Source: Paramecium tetraurelia
Taxonomy: Eukaryota
NCBI GenBank assembly: GCA_000165425.1
Contig: CT868174.1
Location: 248,001-312,000, forward strand
DNA: 64,000 bases
Direction: 5' to 3'
Within the stretch, counting starts at the first letter, position 1. Every line of letters starts with the position of its first letter. A program made the position numbers and the translations under genes. The notes under the pieces were generated by a model. It did no database searches. It was not told where the DNA came from and saw nothing but the letters and a program-made list of their open reading frames with translations. Below, piece by piece: positions 51,060-64,000 of the stretch.

Positions 51060-52159
51060 TCAAAAGAATTCATAAATTCCACTATTTCTTAATGTTAATT
51101 CTGGATCTGTTTGCAAGAAATCTTAAAACTTCATGATATTTTATAGTTCTTATATTTCGGATTCAACCAATTCTTATCATTTCTGATCTAAAATAGAGGG
51201 AGGAAAATACTTGAGTTAAGACTTTATACAATAAAGCTTAGGCCTACTAAGCAAAGCAAAAAATGGCTAATTTATTATAATTGGATGCAAGATTTTCATG
51301 AATTAAGACAACTTCTTTCATTTTGGTTTAGAGATCAGGTTATATTTATTATTTATTTTTTTATTATTGTTAAATAGGTTAGACAGTTTATATTAATGGC
51401 ATTTCTTCATCATGTTGTTACTCAGGTAAAAATGTTGCAACTTATCTTTATTGAGGTTATTGTAATAGTCTTTGAGTTTATAACTCCTAACAATAAATGA
51501 GGAGGTCTAAAGGTCTTACACTATGTAAGAATAAAGGAATGGTAATTTACCTATTATTAAGAATCTTGTCCTTTGATTTTTCATCTGCATCTTCCCAATT
51601 CTATTTCCAATTAAACTGATGGCAGTGTTATCCATCTATTTAGAAACAACAGAAACCCATTAATCTAAGAATAATTTGAGAATTTAGAGGTTTAACTTTT
51701 GTTTCTCTTTCATTAATAATGTTTGCATAAATATATTTTCTTAACTTAAGGTGAAATGAGAATAGATAAGATGTTGCTTTGACTAATTCAGCTGGACTTA
51801 ACATGATAGTAAAATAGCAGATTTCTTGATTTCCTTCAGTAACAGTTGAAATGAATTGACAAAAGAAGTCATAAACTTCGTAACATTCTTTTGTTAGAAT
51901 TCCTAAGATAATATTAATGTGATACTGCAAATTTAGATAGAGCAATAATAAGGCTATCTTCACTATATTAACTCTTTACTTATAAACATATTCAATTAAA
52001 GGAAGTGCTATGAATTTGTATTTTTCTAATTGTGAATTAATTGAGGATCTTTACATCAAATGGCATCGATAGTTACAATGTTTCGATAGTATGTTTCCAA
52101 TAGTCAAGAGTTTTAGCCTTATAGTCGAAAATGTTTTGAGACTTGTCACCTCTACTCAT
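51060..52159 (-). CDS. Uncharacterised multi-intron protein
   Basis: ATG 52159 MSRGDKSQNIFDYKAKTLDYWKHTIE; several GT..AG micro-introns. Exon phases and end are uncertain. Confidence 0.5.
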
Positions 52160-52177
52160 ATTAACAAAAATAAATTT

Positions 52178-52951
52178 TCATTATTATTCATTATTCTTCT
52201 AAGCATTTAATTCTTCCATCAAAGGTCCATTTTCATCAAAGAATTTAGCAAAGATCTCTACTTCAGCAATTAGTTTTTCATTGTCAAGCATCAATAGATC
52301 CTTAACTAGATCATTATAATTACTTTCTCTTTTTACAATTATTCTGAACAAGCTTTGAATATTTATACAACTTCATTCATTTTTATAATTTGTTATTGTT
52401 CAATGTCTGTTGCCTTTTTAACTCTATTTAATAGGGCATCAACCTTTTGAGTTTTCTCATCCAACAATCTTTGTTCTTCTTCTACCAATTTTATTTCACT
52501 TTTCAAATTCTTTTCTAAATTCTCCAATTCATTCTACAGATTATCAACATCAAGTTCGCCATTATCTTGGCTGACTCCATTCATTAACTTCTATGACTTT
52601 TGCACTATATATACTCTAATATTTTATACATCTGTTTTCTAATGCTGAAATTTGTAATTCATATTTATTCTTGGCTTATATCATTCTATCTTGATAATGC
52701 ATAGTTAATTGAGATTCCTTCTCTTTCAATTCTTAAAACTCTTTTTTCTTCAGTTTTATCATCTCGATTATTTTTTCATCGTCATTTTATAATGTTGATC
52801 GAGGTTGAAATGAAATAGTTGTTCTGTAGTGATTATCATTCTTTTCTTAATGAAGTTGTTCATCACATTTGAAACATAGCGAAATTTTGCATTCTCTACA
52901 AGTTACAATTGCAATATATTAAATGCAGGATTGACATTAAGGATTATTCAT
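52178..52951 (-). CDS. B-box zinc finger + coiled-coil protein
   Basis: CQSCIQYIAIVTCRECKISLCFKCDEQLHQEKNDNHYR followed by E/K-rich heptads. Confidence 0.85.
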
Positions 52952-53361
52952 TTATTGTAATAATTAATATGTACTTAATTTACAAATAAAATAATTACAT
53001 CAATCAATAAGTAGGATTTATACTAAACAAAAGACAAAACAATTTTTATTATCAATTTCAATTTTCATGAATTGTAATGCTCTCCATCACTAAGTAATGG
53101 TGCAAAAAGATGATTAAATAAAAATACATAATCATAATTACACTATATTATTATCACACTCAATAAGGATCCTAGAATAATGAAGATAATTATAAAGTTG
53201 TATTAAATTCTTAGAAGAGATTAAACTCATAAATTCAGAAAGTTTCACTGTTGAACAATGAAATCATTTAGCATTCTTAGTTAGCTCTCAACAAATATTT
53301 CGCTCCATATAATTCATTAACTTGAATTCTTAAAATTAATTTGATTAACAAAAAAAAATAT

Positions 53362-56300
53362 ATGAAAATAGATGAAATTATTGCTAATCCAAATTTATGC
53401 CCTCCTAAGGAAAGAAAATCAACAACTCCAAATAGCAAGGAATAGATAAATAAATTAGATTAACTACTCAAAGGGAATTTGATTGAGAACAAAGTAAATG
53501 CAATAGAATCAAAAAAAGAAATTTCATAATATAAATAAATCGATAAGAAAATGCCTTTTAAGGATAACTACTCATTATTGTATAACTTATCAATTGGAAA
53601 TAAAAAAATAGATTAATATACAAATCAAAAATAAGTTTAAGAAATAAAAGAAATTCCATATGTATTAGAGAATATTGGAAAACAAGAAAGGTAATAATTT
53701 TAGATACAATCATAATTCGATTAAACAGAGATGTTGAAGGCTTTTGAAAAAAAAATACACACTTTAGAGTTATTTAAAGAAGTAAAGGTTTCGAATAAAT
53801 AAGAGGAATTTTATGAAAAAAATAAAGGATTGTTGATAACTAGTATAACTTGTTTTGAAAATATGGTAGCCTTTGGAACTAACAGAGCTGTAATCTATAT
53901 CTAATTTAATAACCAAATAAATTAGTTGGAGCAAAACAAAAAAATTAATCATAGTCCAATTATTTGTCTAAGATTTTTAGATAAAGGCACTAAATTAATA
54001 GGTATTTCGGAGAAATAAGTGTTATTGTACGTTAAAAATGAATTTGTAAAGGCATTTTAATTGAAAATAGAAAGTATTCCTATTTCAATGACTGTTTGTT
54101 AAAAGTCGAAAAACTTTAAGATTTAGTTATTGATGGCTGATTCATTGGGTAATGTGTATGGAATTAGAATTAAATAAACCCTATTAAAATATGGAATGTA
54201 GATGAAATTAGAATTAAAAGAGAATATTTTATGTCATTAGATTGAATCTATAAATTTTTAAGATTAGGAATACATCCTATTAACATTTAAAGACTAAATA
54301 CAATTAGTCAATTTGAAACCAGAATATCAACTACTAATGAAATTAAATTATAAGGTTCAAGAGAATAGAATCATTTAAGTTAAATGGTAAATTGAAAAGA
54401 AGACACTCTTAATAGCAGTTGGTAATGATAACACATTAGAAGTTCTATCAATTTAATTTGAGAAGTAAAATGATAGATTGAAATCTAATTTAAACTTGTT
54501 ATGTCAATACAGTTTTAATAACTAATATATATAGTATTTTACTTGGCTGAGCAATGATATTATATTTGTTAAACATGAAAGAAAGTTGTATTCTTTAATA
54601 GGAATATCAGAGATTCTAAAATAAAAAGTAGATATAATTTAAAAATCTTTAAGTCAGGATATTATGAGTTAAAAAATTGGAGAACTATTAGTTTTTGAGA
54701 ATTCAATTTGTAATTTTTAAAATTAACTGTTCTTTATTTCCAATGAAGAAAAGATATATAAATCAAGAATAGTATAATATAAATTAAATACTTGGGAAGA
54801 TTAGATGTAATAATTCCAATTAAATAATGAGTTGAAGGAATAATTTGGAATGGGATTGTATTTGTATTCAGGAAAACTCATAAAATTAGGGAATCTTCCA
54901 AGAATTGGACGATAAGAGTATCTAAAACCTCATTTACACACCTTAGTATCAAGATTTGTTGAAAGTAGTGTAAAATCTTAATCATTTAATTCAATTTACA
55001 TAGCTATGGATTTCTTAATAATGATTGAATCATATGAGTTTCTATTTAACTAAATATATTTAATCTATAAAAGTAATAGATATGAAAGGTAATTTTATGA
55101 AAGTTTGGAATCTTTTATAAACAAAGGAGTTATTAAATAAATACCAATAGATACTTCATTGAAGGATATACTTGACTATTTTAGTAAAGGCGATAAGTTA
55201 AAATTATTGAAGTTTTTGATTTTTAATCTAGACAAAAGCTTTATTAATTATTCTCTTATCAAAGAATTCTGTATTCAATCCAACTTACAGAGTATATTGA
55301 TATACATTCCACCAAAAGATATTGAAGATTATAAGACACCTATATTGACTATTTTTGAGATTTATCAATCCTGCTTAAATAACAATTCTTAAGTTTTATA
55401 GCATTATTTTAAATCAACAAAGTTGGATATAACAAGTCTAAGCCAAAAATAAATTGATGAGTAGATATAATGTTTAGGTTATAAATGTATTTGGTTTATG
55501 AGTTTAATATTTAAAGGAGAATCACTTTCTTAGGAGAAGATTCCTGAAAAATATTGGCCTCAGATAGTAATTGAGATATTATAATGGCTTTTAGAAAGTG
55601 AAGTATTGGAGAGGTTCTTATAAATAGATGCTGGAATATTTTTGAATGAACTCTTGTTAATTTTAAAGGATAATAAGACTTATAACAAATTATAAGGTTT
55701 TAAGGATGCATTAGATAAATAACAAGGTGAACTTTCTGAGATCATCATCAGAAATATATATACGAAAATTAAGAAATTAAATATAGTAAGCTAATTCAAT
55801 TGTTTTATTTTGGAAATAATGAAGTTAGGTTATTAAATATCTTATGAGGATTTCTTGTAAGTTATGATTTACAATTTAAGATGCCCATATGAGAATTTAA
55901 AGGTGTTTGTAGACAAAAGTAACTTTAAGTTTTAAAAGATGGAATATAAATTATAAGAGGACATGACAGATTAGGATAAAATAAAAAGAGATAATTTACT
56001 GATTTAATATATAACATTTTTCACAACCCAGTTATTAGGAGATGATTAGTAATTGTAGAGCATTTTATCAGAAGCTTCTTGTTCAATACTTTCATGTTCA
56101 AGAATTCAATCTGAAATATATTGTTTAAAAGGAGATTGGATAAAATGTATTGGTACTATGCTAGCATCGTCATCTCTAATTGATAAGGTATTTTAGTATA
56201 ATATAATTTAGGAATACATATTCAATTATATTGATAGGATACTCAATTCAAATTAATTTTACAATTAGAAAGAGGAAATTATTAAATTTTGTGTGACTAT

Positions 56301-57536
56301 TGTTTAATAATTGGTAAAAATCAATTGTAATTGTAGGCTGATGTAAGTGTTGAGAAATTGAAGATACTTTTGCAATATTTTCCTAACTATTTATATAAAT
56401 AAGCAATAGTTAAGTTGGATAACCATCCCAATTTTAAACTATATTTGCTGAATCAAATAATATAAGATTCTAGGAATAAGAATGAAATAATTGATAAATA
56501 AATTATGATCTCCTATATAAGGTTATTGTGCAAGCATCACCCATAGGATGTATACGATGAATTGCAATTTGGAGATTTCCCATAAGAAGATTGTATGATT
56601 ATCTGTAAAGAATATAAAATAATGAAAGGAGTTGCATTTCTAAAAGAAAGAAGTGGATGCTTATAAGAAGCTCTAGACATATATTTTGATGTATAACATT
56701 GAGTAATCTTAGGTTATCAGAACAGATTTTATTGCTCTAGAGAGTGGACACTCTCAACTCGAATTACAATAACAATTACTAATATTAATATTACCTTGTT
56801 TAAAAATATGCAGAGAAAACTGTTCTAACGAAGATGATAATTTTCAATATTGGTTGACCTGTGTTAATAGAATGCTAATTTTACGTTTAGAATTCCGTTT
56901 ATAGACGAATAAGTTTAATTCCATTAATAAATTATTCTAAGAGATCTTAATGGAAATGTTTGAGAGTGTCCATCCCAAGTTGATTATTAGTAATTTAAGT
57001 TAACTATTAAAACCTTTTACCCATATTGAAGAACTGAGAAGAACAACTGTAACATTGCAGAAGTTATGCTTTTTTTAATTAATTACACATGAACAATTTA
57101 TAGGAAATCAAACTTATTAAAATTTTAAAAGATTAGAGATATTATATGGTTAAGAATAAAAAGGGACTCTTTTAATGGATAGATGTCTGGTATGCTCACA
57201 GGAAAATGAAAAGTATATGTATGCATTTATGTCATGTTGTCACATTTTTCATAAGTAATGTTTGAGACTAATTAAAAATGTAAAAGTGTGTAAGATTTGT
57301 TTAGATAAAGGGATTCATTCTGATTAATGTACTTTATTTATAGATTAATTTAATTAGTAAATGTATAATTAGAAATATTAGTAGACAACGATTATGTATA
57401 ACCTGGTGATTAATTAATAAAGTAACCTACAATAGAAGAGTAGCTACAATTATCAAAGTAGGAGTAGAGATAATTACGAATTAATAAATTGAAAATGCTG
57501 GATATGGAAAATGAGATTAAAGAAATTTTGTACTGA
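53362..57536 (+). CDS. VPS8: VPS8-like CORVET subunit (WD-like region, helical solenoid/CHCR, C-terminal RING)
   Basis: CIQSNLQSILIYI..DYKTPIL..LGYKCIWFMSLIFKG resembles the Vps8 domain; CHCR-like YIRLLCKHHPQDV..VAFLKERSG; C-terminal CLVC..CCHIFHKQC..CKIC. Confidence 0.75.
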
Positions 57537-57564
57537 GTTGATATTTTTAATATTTTAAATTATA

Positions 57565-58976
57565 ATGCAAACATAACCAGATCAAGAACGACTCAATACA
57601 CAGGCCAATTAGATATAAGAACCGATCTAAAATAAGGCTCCCTTTTTCGATTTAGAATCTTCAGGGGATGCATTGGAAGATGGAAGAGTGACTAATCTAT
57701 ATTATCAACGGTAATTGATTTAGTTAATAAAATGTAGATTTAGGATGATGGATTTAAGTTTTTTTGTATTCAATTTTATTGGGACTGGTTTAACTGTTAT
57801 TACATTGGAATTAATTCATTATGATGAATAACCAGAAGCACGCTTGGTGATTTTGTGGGTGATATTCATATCAAATATAATAATGATGGGATTGGCTGTA
57901 ATTAGGAATCAAGTAAAACTGAAATGGAGAGAGAGTAAAGGAGATGTGTATAGTGGATTTACAAAGGAGCACGTAGAGTTGTTGATGGAAATTATAATTA
58001 TTGCTGCATCTCCCCTACCTTTCTTAGATAGTATTAGTTTTTATTTTACAAATGATTTTGTTGATGGAGATGTAAACTATATATAATAGACAGGTATATT
58101 ATTATGCAAATGAATTGCTGTGTTTGACTCTGGCATTTCGAGTAATCTTCTTTATTCGTACAACCTTATTGAATTCGTATTGGCATTCCAATAGAACAGA
58201 TAGAGTCTGTAGTTTGTATGCTAGTTAAGCTGATTACATGTTTACCATAAAATCTCTAATGAGGTAAGAATAATTACATCATTAGAAATCAGCCATTCAC
58301 AGTTAATTATAGCGCTATGATTCTTCTGATATTTGTATTTGGTTATTGTCTAAGAATATGCGAGAGTCCCTTAAATAGAATCGATGTTAGCAGTAACGAT
58401 TTTAGTAGTTATGCTAATTCCATGTGGTGTGTCATTGTTACAAGCACTACTGTATTTTCTATTTTAAATTGTAGTTGGGATATGGTGATTATTATACAAG
58501 AACATTATTAGGACGTATAGTAATGAGTGTGGTTTGTATATTGGGTAACTTTGTTGTGTCATCAATGATTGTGATCATCACAAATGAGTCATATTTAACT
58601 ACATTGGAAAACAAGGTTGTCATTCTCATTGATCGTTTGAGTTTAAAAAAACAAATGTAATAGGAGGCAGCAATGATTATTACCATATTTGGTCGTATGC
58701 ATTATGCCAAAAGGTATTATTGATCACTCATTTTCTAGACATCTTGATTTGACAGAAGATGAATTCATAAACATGAGCAAAAAGATGAAAAAATACGCTA
58801 TTCAGTTAAAGTTAACCACTCGTAAATATGTTGCAGCCAGAGCTTTGGGAAGCTAATTGGAAGAAATCAATAGTGGATTTAATTCACTTAAGGAAAATCT
58901 TAAATAGACATCATAGTTGTAGGAGGAATTAATAAAGGCAAACGAAAATCTTATTTATAAGATAGACAACAAATGA
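57565..58976 (+). CDS. SK/KCNN-like six-TM potassium channel
   Basis: TM helices, GYCLRICE, and pore SYANSMWCVIVTSTTLGYGDYYTRTLLGR (after splicing a 23-nt intron); CaM-binding-like tail LKKQMQQEAAMII. Confidence 0.88.
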
Positions 58977-59044
58977 ATAAATATACTTTTTATAATAAAT
59001 GGTTATAATATTTAAGGATAAATATATATTAATATAAATTTATA

Positions 59045-62000
59045 TCATGGTTTTTTGAATGCTCCAGATAATTGCACTGATCCCATTCTTTTAAATTAGG
59101 ATGCAATTTTATTCTTTTATATTTGTGCCAATTGTTCTTATGACATTTGTTTTTAAATGGAAGCTTAAGATTAGTTTTAACTTATGGTTGCCTAATTAAT
59201 TAATTTATATAGATACATAAGATTAGGACAATGGAGTTTAACTATGTTTATTGCTCTAAGAATTTGATTTCTCTTGAGCTTCTTTAATTTTAGTAGTTTT
59301 CTTTTTACCATTAGTTCTTGGTTATTGCAATCCAAATGGAACTGAGATATTTTGAAGTGAACCACGTCTATTAAATATTGAATAAATTATTACGCAAGTT
59401 AAGTAGTTGGTTTGAGACTTTAAGAACTTTGTAAAGTATTTGGTTTAATTACAGTTGAGGCTCTTCCTGAAGATCTCTAATACGGAGTCTAGACTTTCAT
59501 TGTATTATGGGCTACACTCTTTCTTTAATAGGGTAATACACTATCATGTTGAGAAATACTGCCAACTATTTTAGTTTCTGGTTAGCCTTTAGGTTTGATT
59601 TTGAGAATCCTTTTTTTCTCAGGAGGTGTAACATTCAATTCAACTGGTTCTGCTGCTTAACCTTCATTGCCAGTTGGTTGTATTTCCATTGCAATTATTT
59701 TATTCTCATCTAGCATTTCATTATATTTGATAACATCATCCTCATCAAATTCAATAACATTTTTCTGCATGTGTTCAATCAAAGTGTCGAAAGATTGACG
59801 ATAGAATAAATTGGCTAGAATGTTTGTTAAATTAGTGGAGTTTCTTTGATAAGTTTATCTCTTCTTTTGTCTGTAAGCCAAATAAATTAATTAAAGCTCA
59901 TTCATTGCTTGAGATAATGAGGTTTTAACGAATTTATTCAAGACTTTGGATAACACTTTGCCTCTATTAGGGGTAGAATATTCACTAAAAGGCGAAGAAG
60001 GACTCTTATTATTCTTATCAGAGTTGATTCTTCCTCTCAATTATTCATCATTCAAGATATTCTAATAAATGTTCGATCTATCTTTCTTAGTTCCTCTTTC
60101 TAATTATTTGAGAAACATCTTATCAGTCTCTGAAATGTCTGAGTTGGTAGTTCTATTAACAATGGCAGGTTCATCCTATCCATTTTCAGTAATACCAATC
60201 TTAATGATGTTGTTGTTGTGTTATTCAATCTATTGAATTTAAGAGAGTCTTTGAGTAGGTCTCCTAACAAAATTTTATTCTTGATATTTGGGAATCTTCA
60301 TAGTGATACCGCCTTTAATTTATTTAATATAGGTTCCATCTTTGTTCTTAATAAAGTCATTGTTCTTATAATATGCCAATGATCTATTATTAACAATCGA
60401 TCTTCTCAATAAATGTAATCCATTTTCTTACAATTCATCCAATTCACCAATTTACACCTGTTCATTCTTGTAAGGTTTTAGTATGAACACCTATACATGT
60501 TTTTCCCTATTACATAGTTCTTCTTCAATCATTTGCAAAGTCTCATTTTTAGCTATGACTCTTTACAATACTTAATTGCTAACTTCCATCCATCCTTACT
60601 TTGTTAATTCTAATTAGAATTGAACTTCTGCTCTAGCTAGATATTTAATATCTAATATTAGTTCATCCAAATCATCGCCAAATGTATTTTCGTTTGTATA
60701 TCTTCTTTACAGTCTTCTCTCGTATTTATTAGTGTGTTAGTTCTTAATCAAAATCTCTTCCTCTACATATTTTCCATTGACACTCAATTTTTAATCCAAA
60801 ATTCTAATCTAATTCTGTTCATCAACAGATCTATATTAAGAATCTCTGTGTTCCTAACTGTCCTCATCAATCTAATACATGGATCTTTTATTTTAATTCC
60901 ATTATCTTATTCCTGGAGGAATCTCGGACTCACTCAATTTTCTCCAGCCTTATTATTAAGTCTTTTGATATTCATTAATAACCACTCTAGATCTGATGAT
61001 GAATCCATTTGGTTATTTCTCATTCAAATTCTTGCTTATAATAACCTCGGTGATATTTACCAATTTCTAAAGTGCATAAAACTCATTAACTTTTCCACTT
61101 CCAATGATCTCTGTGATTTCCTCTACATCTTAATAAGGATTATAATCAGGATCTATGTTAGTGACTATCTTTCTTGCAATTATTTGATTTCCTGAATCAT
61201 CTCTTTCTCTTAATCCCTCTCCAATCTTTAAATGTTGATTGCCTTGATATGGGAATTTAAGTTCATGAATTTCTTATTCTTAATTATTGGGATTCGTCAA
61301 AATATGATCTTCTTCAAGATAATACAATGATGTAGGATCATCTGGGATCAATTTATTTGATAATATTGGATTGATTACATTATGAATCTTCTTCTCAAAC
61401 TATCCATTTGTTTTACTCCAACCTTCATTAAATAGTTATCCTTATGATTGATTATTTTTAATGATTTTTCTTGATAATAGTAATCCATCATTTGGATTAA
61501 CTGGTTCTTCACCTTCCACATATGGACGACGTCTTAATACTAATTCTTATTTGCCTGTCTCCGGATTTCTAATTAATACTTATTCTTCAATTAATTACAA
61601 AGATTCTTATGCATTCAACAACAACTCCAGATTTCCTTAATTTTATTTCCATCCATCTTTCTTTTGTTATTCTGATGATAACAAATTTTCAACCACTCTT
61701 CTAGAAATAACAATATTTCCTTTTTCATCTGTTTCTTATAAGTTATTTCCTATTTATGCTGATGCTGAAAATACTCTTCTAATTAGTTTTCTTTCCATCA
61801 ACCCTGTCTATTCATTATATTATAGAACCTCTTCTTCAATAAATTTGATAGGCTCCTATTAAGCAACAACAATTTCAAAATGACCATCTTCATTTTATTT
61901 CCAATCATCACTTGAACAAAGATTTGAAATTATTCTTCTTGATATAACTTTTTATCCATTATTAATTTCATCAATTATTTGATCACCAATGATTGCATTT

Positions 62001-64000
62001 CTATCATCTTCAGTAAATGGTCTTCTGATTAATTTTCTTTCCTGTTTACCTGTTTTTGGATTGACTGTTATGATTTCTTCCTCAACATATTGTTCTGGTT
62101 CTTCAGAGTTAATTACCTTAACTAATTTACCATCTGATTCTCTTCTCCATTAAGCTAATGACTCATTATTTTCCACTAATTTTCTTGATAATACTATCGT
62201 ACCATCCTCTTTACTTTCATTAATATTTTTTCCCAAATTTACCTTTTAATCATTATATGGCCTTCTAATTAATTTCCTTTCCATCATTCCAGTCTCTGGA
62301 TTCATTTACAATACTTCTTCCTCAATATATTTCAATGGTTCAGCTTCACTAATTTAATGAATCAGAATTCCTTAATCATTTTATTACCAACTAGTCAATG
62401 CAAAATCACTATCAACTATCCTTCTAGCAACTACTTTAGTGCCATCATTCAATTATTCATTAATTTATTCACCCACCTTAAATTTATCATCTTCCAACAT
62501 CACAGGTCTTCTTGTTAATCTTCTTTCTTATTTACCTGTTTTTGGATTGTAAACTAGAATCTCTTCTTCAATGAATTTTTAAGCAATATTTGCCAATACT
62601 TTTTCCAATGTTCCATCAGGTAGTTTAGACCATCCTTCCTTCTTCAATTAAGTCAAGGATTGCACATTCTCAATCAAACGCCTTGCCAAAATTCTATTTC
62701 CTTGAGCATCCTTCTCTTTTATGTCATCTCCTATTTTTAGATTCTAATCCTTAATAGTGAATTGTCTTCGAATCAATTTCCTTTGCATTTATTTGGTCGA
62801 CTTATTCACAATTAAGATCTCCTCCTCAATATACTTAACTGGTTCAGCTGCACACAATTGCACTTCAAACATTCCAGCAGATATCTATTTCCACCCTTAT
62901 TACAACTAAAACTCAGATGAACTATCATTCTCTACAATACGTCTTGACACTATCTTTCTTCCCCCTTATTAATCAAGAATATTATCTCCCATTTCCATCT
63001 TCTCATCTCCAGGTTAATATGGTCTTCTTGTTAATCTTCTTTCCTATTTACCAGTCTTTGGATTTATTATCAATATTTCCTCCTCTATGAATTTATCTGG
63101 TTCTTGCACATTAATTGTTTTCTCTAATACTCCTTGATGATTAACCCATCCACTCTTCTGCAATTGTTAACTCGATTCAACATTCTCTACTATCTTCCTT
63201 GATAGAATCTTATTTCCATTTTGATCAAATTCCTTCAATTAACCCAATTACAAAGTAGAATCTCTTTTTGCATCATATTATCTTCTCACTAGTTTTCGTT
63301 CATATAATCCACTTTCTTCATTATACACTAGTATTTCTTCTTCAATCATTTAAGATGGCTCTGTCATTGTTATTTCCAGATTCCCATCTTTCATTTTCCA
63401 TCCTTCTTCGTTCAATTAATTTAGTGATTGTTCATTATCCACTATCCTTCTTGCTAACACTCTTTAGCCACCATTTAATTCATTTAATTAATCCCCAATG
63501 GCAACATCCTCATTATAATAAGGCTTTCTTATTATTTTTCTTTCTTATTTCCCAGTCTTTGGGTTTACAATAATTACTTCTTCTTCTATATATTACAAGG
63601 GTTCTTAAGATATCACTTTCTCCTGTTTTTGTACATTCCATCCATCAGCTTATAAGCTAGCCAATGATTAATTATTTTCAATTACTGTCCTTGATAACAC
63701 TCTATTACCCTCATTATCTGTTTCTTATAGATTGTTTCCTATTTTCAGTTTTGGATTAAATGGTTTTCTCACTAACTTTCTTACTAATTACCCATCTTCT
63801 GTTTATACTAGTATCTCCTCTTATATATATTTAACAGGCTCTTTGGAAACCAACTCCATTTAACCTGATTTATTATCAATTACCCATCCTTCCTTTTACA
63901 ATTAATCTTAAGATTACTCATTTTACACTACTCTTCTTGCAACAACCTTTTGATTGCCCCTAGATTCATTCAATGAATCACCTGTATTTAATTCTGAATC
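59045..64000 (-). CDS. Very large tandem-repeat + coiled-coil protein, 5' part outside window
   Basis: At least 11 repeats of ~80-90 aa, then a coiled coil and a basic S/R-rich tail ending SGAFKKP* at 59045. Confidence 0.82.
61300..64000 (-). repeat. Coding tandem repeat, ~235-270 nt unit with A/B dimer periodicity
   Basis: [IV]EEE-type motif near 63815, 63580, 63340, 63080, 62822, 62565, 62318, 62078, 61832, 61583 and 61312. Confidence 0.88.

Noticed and set aside
61300..64000. CRISPR array or satellite DNA
   Set aside because: The repeats are diverged at the DNA level and conserved at the protein level, so they are coding repeats in a eukaryotic gene.

Overview
Very AT-rich eukaryotic DNA that reads as a ciliate macronuclear chromosome segment, most consistent with Paramecium. 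Long coherent proteins appear only when TAA/TAG are read as Gln (TGA is the only stop) and tiny ~21-30 nt GT..AG introns are removed. The supplied standard-code ORF track therefore shows only exon fragments and antisense shadows. Translating by hand I can support about 33 tightly packed protein genes, with several intergenic gaps of 14-45 nt. They include GAA1, a dual-specificity phosphatase, a plasmepsin V-like aspartyl protease, RPL30, C2CD3-like and CEP350-like centriolar proteins, a Sec7-PH-TBC protein, a tandem CAP protein, NC2-beta, a PKA catalytic subunit, a trichocyst/GRL-type matrix precursor, a GH13 alpha-amylase, a SulP transporter, three HSF-domain genes, a LysM+UBA-like protein, VPS8, an SK-like K+ channel and a large repeat protein running off the right end. 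The most notable observations are: (1) a 75-nt hairpin-forming, stop-containing intron in RPL30, a candidate autoregulatory splicing switch; (2) an unrecognised ~80-90 aa A/B tandem-repeat protein; (3) a coiled-coil protein carrying a cluster of LC8-type QT motifs; (4) four single-base lesions in otherwise intact genes. I recognised no rRNA, tRNA, transposon or CRISPR. Family calls come from recalled motifs, not database searches.
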